IMG/VR virus record: IMGVR_UViG_3300010938_000950
Coordinates: 62,001 to 126,000 of that record
DNA length: 64,000 nt
Reading direction: 5' to 3' (one strand)
Shown here one piece after another: positions 19,863 to 29,546 of this stretch. A model generated the notes under the pieces. It searched no databases. It worked only from the letters and a program-made list of their open reading frames with translations, and was not told the origin of the DNA. The position numbers were made by a program, and so were the translations under genes. Positions within the stretch are counted from its first letter, which is position 1, and each line of letters starts with the position of its first letter.

Positions 19863-20666
19863 ATGAGAATGAACGCTCCTAAAGAGCTGTTCAGTGATAA
19901 CAGCTTGGTCCGTCTCAAAAATCAGGATTGGCTGGATAAACAGAGGGTCGCCGGTAGAATTGCTGCCGAGACCCTCAAACTTTTGGAGGATGCTGTAAAA
20001 GGCAAAACCTTCCATTCCCTTATTGCATTAAATGAAATGGCAGAACACTATATCATTAAGAATGGTGGAACTCCTACTTTCAAAGGATACAAAGGGTTTC
20101 CAGCCGGTGTTTGTATCTCCGTTAATAAAGAACTAGTCCATGGTATTCCTAAAGACTATGTTATGGATGATGGTGATATCGTGAGTTTTGATCTGGGTGT
20201 AACATACCAGGGCGCTATCGCTGATACAGCAATTACTTGTATTTTTGGTACTCCTAAATTAGAAAGACATACTGCCCTTGTTAGAGCAACTGAAGAGTGT
20301 TTAATGAAGGGCATTGAAGCTATTCAGGTTGGTAAACGTTTAGGGGTCATCGGGCAAGCAATCTCTCAACATGCTAAAACGTATGGTTTTGGCTTAATTA
20401 ATAATTATGGCGGCCACGGATTAGATTGGAATACTCCTCATGCTCCGCCCTTCGTAGAAAATAAATCAGATTCCGGACGTGGAATTCGAATTACACCGGG
20501 ATTAGCAATTGCTATAGAGCCGATGCTCGTGCTTGGTTCAACCACCACCACTACATTAAGTGACGGTTGGACTGTAGTTACTCCTGATCTAGGAGCGCAT
20601 TTTGAGCACTCTGTATTTGTACATGAGGATCATGTGGAAATCATTACTGATAGGAGCAAATTGTAA
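19863..20666 (+). CDS. map: Type I methionine aminopeptidase
   Basis: CISVN..VHGIP, DLG...DTA, GHG, IEPM, AHFEHSV. Confidence 0.93.
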   Translation: MRMNAPKELFSDNSLVRLKNQDWLDKQRVAGRIAAETLKLLEDAVKGKTFHSLIALNEMAEHYIIKNGGTPTFKGYKGFPAGVCISVNKELVHGIPKDYVMDDGDIVSFDLGVTYQGAIADTAITCIFGTPKLERHTALVRATEECLMKGIEAIQVGKRLGVIGQAISQHAKTYGFGLINNYGGHGLDWNTPHAPPFVENKSDSGRGIRITPGLAIAIEPMLVLGSTTTTTLSDGWTVVTPDLGAHFEHSVFVHEDHVEIITDRSKL

Positions 20667-20836
20667 TGAAAATTACTTTCGACGATAAAAGCTTTATCGA
20701 ATGTAAGAAATCCGATAATCCTGGTAAAGTAGTTATTACTATTTCTGCGAAAGATCATACTGATCCTCTCAAGAAAATCACTAATGCAGTTGAAATCACA
20801 ACTGATGAATTCAAGAAATTGATTTCTGAAATATGA
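20666..20836 (+). CDS. 56-aa hypothetical protein (not in ORF track)
   Basis: Read manually: MKITFDDKSFIECKKSDNPGKVVITISAKD...LISEI*, AGGAG RBS, TAATG coupling. Confidence 0.7.
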   Translation: MKITFDDKSFIECKKSDNPGKVVITISAKDHTDPLKKITNAVEITTDEFKKLISEI

Positions 20837-20843
20837 GGTATGT

Positions 20844-21392
20844 ATGAGGGTTTATTTTGTAGGAAGTCACTCCACAGGCAAAACGACTTGTGCTAGGTAT
20901 GTATCTGAAAAATATGATATGCCAATGATCACCGAAGTGGCTAGGGCAGTATTATCAGAGAAAGAACTTCAGCTAGATAGTCTGCGCTATAATATGGACT
21001 TGGTTGATGAATATCAAGAAGCTATATTTTTTAGACAATTAGCTGAGGAACAGAAACATTCAAATTTCGTATCTGACAGGAGTTTTGACTGTTTGGCATA
21101 CGCGGCCCAACATACACGCATCTTACCCAAGCTATTACTTAGCGATCAGACTGGTCCTTATATTCAAAAGTTAAAGGCCCCAGATTCATTTATATTCTTC
21201 GTTCGACCAAGCCGTGCTACCTTGAGGGCTGATGGTGTCAGAGAAAGTTTAACATGGGATGGCGTGGTCGCAATTGACGCTATGATTAAGTATATGTTAG
21301 TCCAGTGGGAATTGCCTCATTTTCAAATTAATATGGATAATATGCAAGAAAGAGTCCAACTAATTGATTCTGTTTTGGCTCTACATAGGTAA
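20844..21392 (+). CDS. P-loop nucleotide kinase / AAA_28 (NadR-like)
   Basis: GSHSTGKTT, EVAR, VSDRS. Confidence 0.8.
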   Translation: MRVYFVGSHSTGKTTCARYVSEKYDMPMITEVARAVLSEKELQLDSLRYNMDLVDEYQEAIFFRQLAEEQKHSNFVSDRSFDCLAYAAQHTRILPKLLLSDQTGPYIQKLKAPDSFIFFVRPSRATLRADGVRESLTWDGVVAIDAMIKYMLVQWELPHFQINMDNMQERVQLIDSVLALHR

Positions 21393-21400
21393 GATATACT

Positions 21401-21442
21401 AAAAATTTGGTATTCTCTTGAATAATTACGTTCAAGAGGATG
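21401..21442 (+). promoter_or_regulatory. Candidate promoter motif followed by an RBS-sequestering hairpin
   Basis: aaaaa tttg gtat (21401-13); stem ctcttgaa (21415-22)/ttcaagag (21431-38) covers AAGAGG. Confidence 0.55.
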
Positions 21443-21443
21443 C

Positions 21444-23129
21444 ATGAGTGGTATTCTAACACCAGGATATTTGAGATGGGACGGCACAAAGTACGTCCTA
21501 GACCAGGATGTGGAAATCGTTGGTCCAGCCGGTTCACAAGGGCCAGCCGGGCCTGTAGGCCCCGCAGGTCCACCTGGTCCTAATGGTACTGCAAGTGGAG
21601 ACTTGCTAGGAACTTACCCAGGCCCCATTGCTGTAGTTGGTTTAACCGGCATTTCTGGTGTTGTAAGCTTTGGTTCTGGTATCCTTAATCCTACCATTAC
21701 TCAGGTAACTACTGGTGCTACTAGTGGTCAAGCTTTAACTTATAAAGCCCAAAATGCAACTAATTTTGGTGGCAACGTAGTATTGCAGAGTGGTACGGGC
21801 ACCACGGCCGGATTGGTTAGGTTTTTGGTTGGCACCAATCTAGCTGGATATTTTGATGCAAATAGGTTATTTAGAGTAGGCCCAAGCGCCGAATCTGCAT
21901 TTGTTGGCCCTAACGGAACGTCTCCAATTGCTGGCACCGATTATTTATTTGGAGGTAATGCTGCTGGTAGCATGTGGATGCAACTATTTAGCGGCTCTTC
22001 ATCCAGTAGAGCAGCGGTAGCAGTATATAATACTTCAGTTGGCGCTACAACTACCAATGGTATAAGTATTCAAGCCGCCGGATCTACTCACGCTATTACC
22101 TCTTATCAAAACCAGGGAGTAATCGAACAGTCCGGTTCATCTACCTCCGCATTAGTATTTGGTAAAGTTCTTGGTGATGGAACTAGCCGTGGAGTAACGG
22201 GCCGTATTTTCCAGTCAGGAGCTTGGAGCATCGGCGATCTAAGTAGTTCCTCTTCTTTTAGTCAAGCTGGCCTCTCCGGGCCTCTAATTACCTTTGGATA
22301 TGCTAGTGGCACTATGACAACTACAAGTGGTCAGAGTATAATTTATAGTACTAATACTCCTTATGTGTCTCCGTTCCCTCCAACAGGCTCTTTAACATTA
22401 CAAGGTAATACTGCCGTAGCCAACTATATAGGCACAACACTAGTTTTCGGTGGAAACTCTACTAAGTTTATTACTTCCCAGGGAAGAAGAGTTAAAGTAG
22501 TTACTACAACTGCTACCACCGTTAACGTTGCAGCCACAGATGAAATAATCAATATTGGAACTTTAGCTGCACCATGTACAGTTAACTTACCAGCAAGCCC
22601 TACAACCGGTGATACTTATACTATTAAAGACGCTAATGGTAGTGCCGGCACATTTAATATCACTGTAAATGGAAACGGCGTTAACATTGATGGTGGTTTT
22701 GCAAGCATTACCATAATGACCAATTACACACAAGCTACATTTGTGTACAATGGTACTACTTGGATTTCATCACTAACTAACAATATTTCACCAAATGCTG
22801 GTTATACTTCAGTTGTAAATATTCCTGGAGGCGGAAGCACAACTGTAACTGGTTTTGATCAGTTAATTTTATGTGATACACTCGGAGGACTTTGCACGGT
22901 TACGGCTCCGGCTACACCACAAGTTAATATGAGGTTTACAGTTAAAGATGCCAACAGTAATGCAGCAACTAATAACATTACTGTAAATGGAAATGGTAGG
23001 ACTTTAGAAAATCCAAATTCACCAGGCACTTATACGTCTCCAATTTTATTAAATACTAATAATAGATCGGCAACATGGGCTTACGATCCAACTAGAAATA
23101 GGTATACTTTGGTATCAATAGTACCATAA
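21444..23129 (+). CDS. Tail-fibre-like protein with a short collagen stretch and two C-terminal LPASP..GD..IKDA..NITVNGNG repeats
   Basis: About 7 GXY triplets, GDLLGTYPGP module, Thr/Gly/Ser-rich; C-terminal module shared with 49482 and 49979. Confidence 0.7.
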   Translation: MSGILTPGYLRWDGTKYVLDQDVEIVGPAGSQGPAGPVGPAGPPGPNGTASGDLLGTYPGPIAVVGLTGISGVVSFGSGILNPTITQVTTGATSGQALTYKAQNATNFGGNVVLQSGTGTTAGLVRFLVGTNLAGYFDANRLFRVGPSAESAFVGPNGTSPIAGTDYLFGGNAAGSMWMQLFSGSSSSRAAVAVYNTSVGATTTNGISIQAAGSTHAITSYQNQGVIEQSGSSTSALVFGKVLGDGTSRGVTGRIFQSGAWSIGDLSSSSSFSQAGLSGPLITFGYASGTMTTTSGQSIIYSTNTPYVSPFPPTGSLTLQGNTAVANYIGTTLVFGGNSTKFITSQGRRVKVVTTTATTVNVAATDEIINIGTLAAPCTVNLPASPTTGDTYTIKDANGSAGTFNITVNGNGVNIDGGFASITIMTNYTQATFVYNGTTWISSLTNNISPNAGYTSVVNIPGGGSTTVTGFDQLILCDTLGGLCTVTAPATPQVNMRFTVKDANSNAATNNITVNGNGRTLENPNSPGTYTSPILLNTNNRSATWAYDPTRNRYTLVSIVP

Positions 23130-23141
23130 TGTAGGAGTAAT

Positions 23142-23513
23142 ATGAATTCTGTAGATAGACTTTTTAAATTAGCAGAACATTTCGCAAATAAAATATCTTT
23201 AGCCCAAGCGCAGATGGAAACTCAACCTGCTCAAATAGAGCAAATACTACAGGCCGCTGGTTTATGGGATAAAGCTAATGAAGTATCTCCTTTATTGAGT
23301 GCTGCTGGTGTGGATAATGATCCTGTAGTTATCAATTTCCAAGTTGATCCTCAGCTAAATATTAAGTTTCTAGTGACAGCTTCACCGCCGCCAGCCGCTA
23401 CCAAACTAGCTGGTTTATTAAAAAATAAATATGCAGCAGCAATGAAAGCTGCCTTAGTAAAAGCTGGAGCCAAAAGGGAAGCACCAGTAGATATTAAATG
23501 GTTAACTTTCTAA
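23142..23513 (+). CDS. Hypothetical protein, possibly virion-associated
   Basis: AGGAG RBS; Ala-rich. Confidence 0.6.
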   Translation: MNSVDRLFKLAEHFANKISLAQAQMETQPAQIEQILQAAGLWDKANEVSPLLSAAGVDNDPVVINFQVDPQLNIKFLVTASPPPAATKLAGLLKNKYAAAMKAALVKAGAKREAPVDIKWLTF

Positions 23514-23544
23514 AGAAATACTTTGTCTGATATAATAAGAGGGC

Positions 23545-24753
23545 ATGAAAGATTTTGATGTCGGTATTATTGGAGCTGGTGTAGCTGGTGCATTTGCAAC
23601 GTTAAAACTTGCAAAAGATCATAAGAACGTTAAAGCCATATTATTTGATTTAGGAAGACCTCCTATGAAACGCAGAAGGCAACTAGAAGGTTGGCTGGGA
23701 TGCTTTCCAAATAGTGACGGAAAACTATATCAAACTGATATTGGTAAGGTGGCGCAATTGACTGGCCTCCGTAGGGCCAAGTCTGCGTATACGTGGTTTA
23801 GACATATTTTAGAAGAGGTTGATGATTTTAAAGTCATCAAAGACCGTTCTCCTGTAGCGGCAATGGAGAAGAAAATTAAAAAATTGGGATACGAAATTAC
23901 TCTCAATGATTACGTTCAAATATATCCAAAAGAGATTCATGCTCTTTCTAAATATATGGCTGAAGTAATTGAGCGTGATAAAAATATCACCTTCAATTTT
24001 GATAGTGAAGTACTTAGAGTTACTAAACAGAAGAATATTTTTATTGTTTCTACCGAAGACCAAGAGTACCGCTGTAAGAAGATTATTGTGGCTGTTGGAC
24101 GTAGTGGTTGGCGATGGGCTAGAGACCTTTACAAAAATTTTGGTATTATAGATAATAATGATATTGCTCGTTTTGGTATTCGTGTAGAAACTAACTCCAG
24201 TATTATGAAGGATTTTAACAAATCCAACTGTACATTGACTAGGCCAGATTTAGAAATTGGACCGTTGTCTTGGTTTGGTACAGTAATACCAGAAGATCAT
24301 TTGGATTTAGCAATTTCTGCATTTCGATCTAACGAGAATAGATGGAAAACAGATAAAGTGTCTTTCAATTTAATTGGTAATCGACCATTTCCTGGAGCTG
24401 GTTTTGAAGAAACCGATAGAATGGGCAAACTGGCATTCGTATTGGCTAATGACAGAATAGTTAAGGAAAGAGTATCTGCTATATTAAATGAAAAAAGCAG
24501 AATATCAGTCATCCAAGAATATAGTTGGTTGAAACCTGTAATCGAAGAGTTGTCTATTATCATTCCAGAAATAACAAGTAAGGCATATTTTCATGTTCCT
24601 ACTATCATTCCATCTGCCCCGCCCATTAATATAGGTGATAACTTAGAAACTGAAGTTGACGGAATGTTTGTAGTTGGCGAAAGTGCTGGTATTCATGGTA
24701 TATTAGCTGCTGGGATCATGGGCGTTATAGCCGCAGATGCCGTTTGTAAGTGA
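23545..24753 (+). CDS. FAD-dependent oxidoreductase (COG2509-like)
   Basis: GIIGAGVAG, SDGKL, AVGRSG, GIRVE, FVVGESAG. Confidence 0.8.
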   Translation: MKDFDVGIIGAGVAGAFATLKLAKDHKNVKAILFDLGRPPMKRRRQLEGWLGCFPNSDGKLYQTDIGKVAQLTGLRRAKSAYTWFRHILEEVDDFKVIKDRSPVAAMEKKIKKLGYEITLNDYVQIYPKEIHALSKYMAEVIERDKNITFNFDSEVLRVTKQKNIFIVSTEDQEYRCKKIIVAVGRSGWRWARDLYKNFGIIDNNDIARFGIRVETNSSIMKDFNKSNCTLTRPDLEIGPLSWFGTVIPEDHLDLAISAFRSNENRWKTDKVSFNLIGNRPFPGAGFEETDRMGKLAFVLANDRIVKERVSAILNEKSRISVIQEYSWLKPVIEELSIIIPEITSKAYFHVPTIIPSAPPINIGDNLETEVDGMFVVGESAGIHGILAAGIMGVIAADAVCK

Positions 24754-24760
24754 GAAATCA

Positions 24761-25135
24761 ATGGCTAATCCAACTAACAAAAATAAAACTAGTACAGATC
24801 AAACGCCAAATTTACCATCTGGTACAGATGAATCAAAAGATGGTAATCTTAAATATAATTTAAGTAAATTTGAATATGATCTGTATCATGAAGAAGATGA
24901 TGTTGCTGAGAAAGTAATTAGAGTTAAAAGAGTTTCCATGCCCAATAAAGGTGAAAAATGGAAAATCTTTGAAGACAATAAAGTCATGTTTGTTGTTGAG
25001 GGCACCAAACTAACGAACAAAGAAAAAGAATTTCTACGAACAATTGACGGAGTCAATTTTCTAATTACTCAATACAAGCAAGGTATCAAATCTTTTAATT
25101 CTTTGAAAAAAGAGATTAAGAAAAAATTGAAATAA
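24761..25135 (+). CDS. Hypothetical protein
   Basis: ORF; start moved to the first ATG after the upstream stop. Confidence 0.6.
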   Translation: MANPTNKNKTSTDQTPNLPSGTDESKDGNLKYNLSKFEYDLYHEEDDVAEKVIRVKRVSMPNKGEKWKIFEDNKVMFVVEGTKLTNKEKEFLRTIDGVNFLITQYKQGIKSFNSLKKEIKKKLK

Positions 25136-25141
25136 CGGGGG

Positions 25142-25169
25142 TTGACAATCCTCCCATAATTCTTACATT
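25142..25169 (+). promoter_or_regulatory. Sigma70-type promoter
   Basis: TTGACA-16 nt-TACATT in an intergenic gap. Confidence 0.55.
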
Positions 25170-25201
25170 AGCTTAGGCAACCAATGCTAGAGGTGTATCG
25201 T

Positions 25202-25819
25202 ATGAATTATGTATTTTATGTCGCTGATATTGAGACTACTGGATTAGATTCCCACAAGCATGACATAATTGAATTGTCGTTGCGACGATTGGGTGATGAC
25301 AGTGAGAATGCTCAAAAAACTTGGTGTTTCAAGCCATTAACGCCAGAGACTATTGATTCGACTTCATTAAAAATTAACGGCCACAAATTAGAAGACCTTC
25401 TTCATAAAACTAAGGAAGGTCGCGAGCGTTATCAAGATCCAAATGTAGCGATAGTAGACGTGGAAAACTGGCTAGCAGAAGATGGTGTTCCCGCTGAAAA
25501 GAGATTCCTCATTGGTCATAATATTGCGTTCGATAAAGAAAGACTTCAAGTTTTCTGGGCTAAATGCAATTCAGAAAGCTCTTTCCCTTTTGGCCGCCGC
25601 TTAATTGATACAATGGAAAACGCGCTCTTTTTTGATTATTGTTTAGAAGAATTTGCTGAAGGGTATAGTTTAGCTAATCTAAACAAAAAATATGGAATTA
25701 AGAATGAGAAAGCTCATACAGCAGCGGCCGACGTTAATGCTACCAAAGAAGTTTTTGAGAGACAGGTAGATTTAATGAGAAAACTTATTAAGTTAGGAAA
25801 AGAACACGGCATCCTGTGA
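25202..25819 (+). CDS. DEDDh 3'-5' exonuclease (DnaQ-like)
   Basis: DIETTG, GHNIAFD, HTAAAD; GAGGTG RBS before ATG 25202. Confidence 0.88.
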   Translation: MNYVFYVADIETTGLDSHKHDIIELSLRRLGDDSENAQKTWCFKPLTPETIDSTSLKINGHKLEDLLHKTKEGRERYQDPNVAIVDVENWLAEDGVPAEKRFLIGHNIAFDKERLQVFWAKCNSESSFPFGRRLIDTMENALFFDYCLEEFAEGYSLANLNKKYGIKNEKAHTAAADVNATKEVFERQVDLMRKLIKLGKEHGIL

Positions 25820-26790
25820 AGATTTTGTATGCAGCGTCTCATAATCAAAATGCTAGAATTCAGCTTTCACGTTTCTTGAAGGCTATGGATAAATCTAACC
25901 ATCAGATCAAGATAGCTGCTTATAAAAAATCTTCACCTAAAAATGTTAATATTGATTGGACTTTGGATGCTTTACTTAACATTTATCGTCCTGACTTGCT
26001 TTCTCTTTATAGTGATAACCTAAGTATTTATCTGGAGCAAGTCAAAAGTTTTGCGCCAGATTTGATTATTAGTGATTTAGAATATTTCACGAGCAGCGTT
26101 GCGAACGAGTTGAATATTCCATTGTGGCAGTGTAGTTCATCATTAATCAATTATGCTCTTATAAGAAACGAAAAATATAACCTTGGATTATTCAAATATC
26201 ACGCACACGCTCTTAACAGAGACACTATACATTCTCAAAGAATGATTAATATTCTAGATAACTCTAATAGAAATTTTGTGTATTCTCATTATGGTGACAT
26301 GGCAGATCCGCCTTCGTTACTTGATGGTTTTCAATGGATTAGACCTTATCATCAAACTGCTAAAAATTATGTCCCGTGCCAGCACTTCATGACTGCTGCG
26401 TTTTCGGTGCCGGATAAAAAACTAATAGCGTTTTTGAAAAACTATCCTGATAGTATTGTTTTTATTGACGATCCGCGCGAGAGTTACCAGAATCCGCAAG
26501 TTAAGGATATAAGGATCGAGGACGAGTATTACTGTAATCTTAAAAATTCTGTCTTCTATGTTTGTCAAGGACAAACAAGCTTTTTGGCAGATGCATTTTA
26601 TAATGGTAAGTACGCCCTTATATTCCCTGATTATGAGGACGCCGAATCTCTTACTAATAGCCAACTAGCTCAGAAAATAGGTATTGGAAGTATCATGACT
26701 TATACAGATGACTTACCAGATCAGTCTTTGGTTGAACCGGTTTATTCCAACTCAACCAAATATTTACATGAACATATAGAGGAATTATGA
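25816..26790 (+). CDS. GT-B glycosyltransferase-like protein (MJ1255-like)
   Basis: MKILYA, PDLIISDLE, CQGQTSFLADAFYNGK...P...E...N. Confidence 0.65.
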   Translation: MKILYAASHNQNARIQLSRFLKAMDKSNHQIKIAAYKKSSPKNVNIDWTLDALLNIYRPDLLSLYSDNLSIYLEQVKSFAPDLIISDLEYFTSSVANELNIPLWQCSSSLINYALIRNEKYNLGLFKYHAHALNRDTIHSQRMINILDNSNRNFVYSHYGDMADPPSLLDGFQWIRPYHQTAKNYVPCQHFMTAAFSVPDKKLIAFLKNYPDSIVFIDDPRESYQNPQVKDIRIEDEYYCNLKNSVFYVCQGQTSFLADAFYNGKYALIFPDYEDAESLTNSQLAQKIGIGSIMTYTDDLPDQSLVEPVYSNSTKYLHEHIEEL

Positions 26791-27449
26791 AGTATGCTGC
26801 TTTTGATGTTGGTAATGTCTTATTCAATGTCAATTTTCCTGATTTCGTAAATAAGCTTTCCAAAACCTTAAATATCTCTGTTGAAGAGGCTACATACTTT
26901 ATGAATCGTAGTCAGAAATTACATGATTTAGGACTAACGGTTATGAAGGATGAATTAATTGACCATTTACACATTAAATCGTCAGTTCTTAGAGATGATT
27001 TAATTCGAGAATGGAATAATTGTATTACGCCCGCCGATTGGTTGTTGAATAAATTAGATACTATATGTAATACTCATAATATTCAGGTGGCTTTATTATC
27101 TAATGTTGGATTAGAGCACGCTGTTAGAATGAGAGAAATGCTTAGTTCATATTCTTTTTTCAAAGAAGGTATCACTCATTTTAGTTGTGAGGTAGGGGCT
27201 CGTAAACCTACTATTTTATATTATCAAAGTTTTTTGCAATTACATCCAGAATTTCAAGGATGCCCTTATTTTGATGATTTAAGGGAAAATCTAGAGGTAG
27301 GAGTAAAATTTGGATTCAAACCTTTTAGATTTTCTTTAGAAGAGATCACTGGCCCCAATTATCAGGAAGAGCTGTTCAATGCAGAAATGGAAAGTTTTGA
27401 GGCTCACCTTATTCAAGACCCTAGAATGGATGATATATTCAATTCGTAG
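26787..27449 (+). CDS. HAD-superfamily hydrolase (YihX-like)
   Basis: FDVGNVL, LLSN, SCEVGARKP, FDDLRENL. Confidence 0.8.
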   Translation: MKYAAFDVGNVLFNVNFPDFVNKLSKTLNISVEEATYFMNRSQKLHDLGLTVMKDELIDHLHIKSSVLRDDLIREWNNCITPADWLLNKLDTICNTHNIQVALLSNVGLEHAVRMREMLSSYSFFKEGITHFSCEVGARKPTILYYQSFLQLHPEFQGCPYFDDLRENLEVGVKFGFKPFRFSLEEITGPNYQEELFNAEMESFEAHLIQDPRMDDIFNS

Positions 27450-27471
27450 AGCCGATTTATAAGGACACAAT

Positions 27472-27963
27472 ATGAACAAAGATAGTAATCAATCCGCCAA
27501 GTTATTTCAGCCACAGGGTAGAGTTAAGGTAATTCAGGGAAGTATTGTATCCCCACAAAATGCCGGTCTTAGATTTGTACTTAATGTAGCTAATACGGTT
27601 GGCAAGGCTGAGGGTCCAATGTATACTCTTTTTGAGAAGAAATGGCCAACCGTCAAAAGAGAGGTTCGTGGTTGGTATACTACCCGTGATGGCAAATACA
27701 AGCTTGGAGCAGTTCACACAGTTGCTGTGCAAAGCGATACTTGGGTAGTCAGTATGTTATGCCAAGACGATGAGCTTAATACTCAGGACGATGCATTACG
27801 TACTTGTTTAAAAGAAGTATGTAAGTCGGCTAAATATGAGAAGGCTACAGTTCATGTTTCTACTAAGTTAACTGATGCTATGCCCGCACTACAACAACTT
27901 CTTACTGAAGAGTTGGTAGAACAAGGTGTTTCTGTTAACTTTTATGAAGAGCCACAAGCGTAA
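27472..27963 (+). CDS. Macro-domain-like protein
   Basis: VKVIQGSI..VLNVAN..G...KKWP..YKLG..VVSMLCQ..LRTCL. Confidence 0.6.
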   Translation: MNKDSNQSAKLFQPQGRVKVIQGSIVSPQNAGLRFVLNVANTVGKAEGPMYTLFEKKWPTVKREVRGWYTTRDGKYKLGAVHTVAVQSDTWVVSMLCQDDELNTQDDALRTCLKEVCKSAKYEKATVHVSTKLTDAMPALQQLLTEELVEQGVSVNFYEEPQA

Positions 27964-28025
27964 GTGATTTGGCTTAATTTAGTTCTTCCTCAAGATCATT
28001 ATCTTGATGATGAAGAAGATGACGC

Positions 28026-28038
28026 CATAATTTCACAT
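28026..28038 (+). promoter_or_regulatory. Candidate phage promoter motif
   Basis: cataa tttc acat, 6 nt before ATG 28045. Confidence 0.35.
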
Positions 28039-28044
28039 AATGGA

Positions 28045-28428
28045 ATGACGAAACTCAAACCGGGAGACCGAGTTGATTGTCGTGTGAAGGCGTCCACCAT
28101 AGTCAGCCCTTACAAAAGCTATGATGAAATCAAGACTTTTGAAATTGTTGCAACTGATGATCATGGCTTCTACTTATATGTACCTCACTATTATAGTTTG
28201 AAGGGAACTAGTATCGCCGATCGATACCAATGTAAGGCCCTCGGTATCGATCAGAAATTTCTAAACGAAGAGATTATTTACATTCAAGGCAATATGGTGG
28301 CTTCTATTCATGAAACTATGGATGGGCTGTGTTGTAAAATATGTAAAGAGTTCTATCGGTACGCAGCCAGTAATCAAGAAGATGGCTCATTAATTTGCTA
28401 TTCATGCCGTCAAAATCCATATCGATAA
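28045..28428 (+). CDS. Hypothetical protein, SH3-like N-terminus and C-terminal CxxC..CxxC
   Basis: LKPGDRV; CKIC...CYSC; start uncertain (GTG 27964 possible). Confidence 0.6.
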   Translation: MTKLKPGDRVDCRVKASTIVSPYKSYDEIKTFEIVATDDHGFYLYVPHYYSLKGTSIADRYQCKALGIDQKFLNEEIIYIQGNMVASIHETMDGLCCKICKEFYRYAASNQEDGSLICYSCRQNPYR

Positions 28429-28436
28429 AGAAGTAT
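28424..28436 (+). promoter_or_regulatory. Candidate phage promoter motif
   Basis: gataa agaa gtat, 7 nt before ATG 28444, no RBS. Confidence 0.4.
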
Positions 28437-28443
28437 TATTGGT

Positions 28444-29235
28444 ATGGCAGATTCGTTCGAAAGCTATTTTCAGGGACTGATTAATCAAATAAAGTCCTTG
28501 TTTAGCTATAAAAAGCAACCAAGTGCTCCAGCGGTCGGGACCCCTTCGACTCCGCAAACGCAATTTATAGGGTCTCCTGGAGGCTACAAAGCGCCAATCC
28601 ACGGCCAGTGGTACAATCTTGGCGGGTTTGACTTAAGCATGGTCCGATATGACGATCCTCAAGGCGCTAAGAAGGGCCGAGGGCACAAAGGCGTAGATAT
28701 GAGCGCTTCGGCTGGAACTCCTATTTATCCAATGGCACCAGGCGTAGTTACTCAAGTTAGTACTACCAAAATTGGTGGCAATAATGTTAGTATTAAACAC
28801 GATAATACTTTATCAACTTACTACGCCCATATGGCAACAGTTAATGTTCATCCTGGAGATAAAGTAGATACAGACACCATTATTGGCACAGTTGGAAATA
28901 GTGGTAATGCTGGGGATATGGATAATCCATCAGTGACTACCGAAGGCGGTAGAACTTTTCCACATCTTCATTTTGAGGTTCATGTCGGCGGCCAAGCGGT
29001 TGATCCAGCTAGATATTTTTCTATTCCGCCTTACAACAGTGATTATGCTCGCAATCCAAAAAAGTATTTAAACTTTTGGGCTAGCGATAAAGCCAAACAA
29101 GAAGCACAAGCTTTTAATATGAAAGATCATCTTTCATCACGCAGGGTAGCCTTCTCCAGAGATATTGATGCTTTAATGAAAGTATCTTTTGAATATTATA
29201 AGCTAACTAAAAAAATTAGCGATCGACCCAAATAA
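28444..29235 (+). CDS. M23 family metallopeptidase
   Basis: HKGVD, GTPIY, YYAHM, IGTVGNSGNA, PHLHFEV, VDP. Confidence 0.92.
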   Translation: MADSFESYFQGLINQIKSLFSYKKQPSAPAVGTPSTPQTQFIGSPGGYKAPIHGQWYNLGGFDLSMVRYDDPQGAKKGRGHKGVDMSASAGTPIYPMAPGVVTQVSTTKIGGNNVSIKHDNTLSTYYAHMATVNVHPGDKVDTDTIIGTVGNSGNAGDMDNPSVTTEGGRTFPHLHFEVHVGGQAVDPARYFSIPPYNSDYARNPKKYLNFWASDKAKQEAQAFNMKDHLSSRRVAFSRDIDALMKVSFEYYKLTKKISDRPK

Positions 29236-29539
29236 GCACTATTTCAATATTTGAAAGTAGATTTCCAGTTGGTGGAATTAAATTTGGTTTGCCCACGGAG
29301 TACCAAATTTCATACTCATTAGTATTGGTATTATATCCTTGCAGTTTGTAGTATGTGTTAAATCCGGTAGTTACTAGTTGTGTAGAGTTAAGCTCTTCCG
29401 TACTCACAGTTGGCACATAAGCTGTGGTAAAAAAAGCACTATCAAATGCTTGTGTGCCGTGGCTGCCAGAGTATTGGCCTTTCCAACTCAGAAAGCTTAC
29501 CAAATTAAATATTGAGCTTTGATCAGTTACTAGCGCCAT
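29216..29539 (-). CDS. Small structural-cluster protein Z1 with YYK..Y..W module
   Basis: YYKLQGYNTNTNEYEIW...PPTGNLLSNIEIVLIW; paralog of 36324. Confidence 0.7.
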   Translation of the reverse strand: MALVTDQSSIFNLVSFLSWKGQYSGSHGTQAFDSAFFTTAYVPTVSTEELNSTQLVTTGFNTYYKLQGYNTNTNEYEIWYSVGKPNLIPPTGNLLSNIEIVLIWVDR

Positions 29540-29546
29540 AATAATA

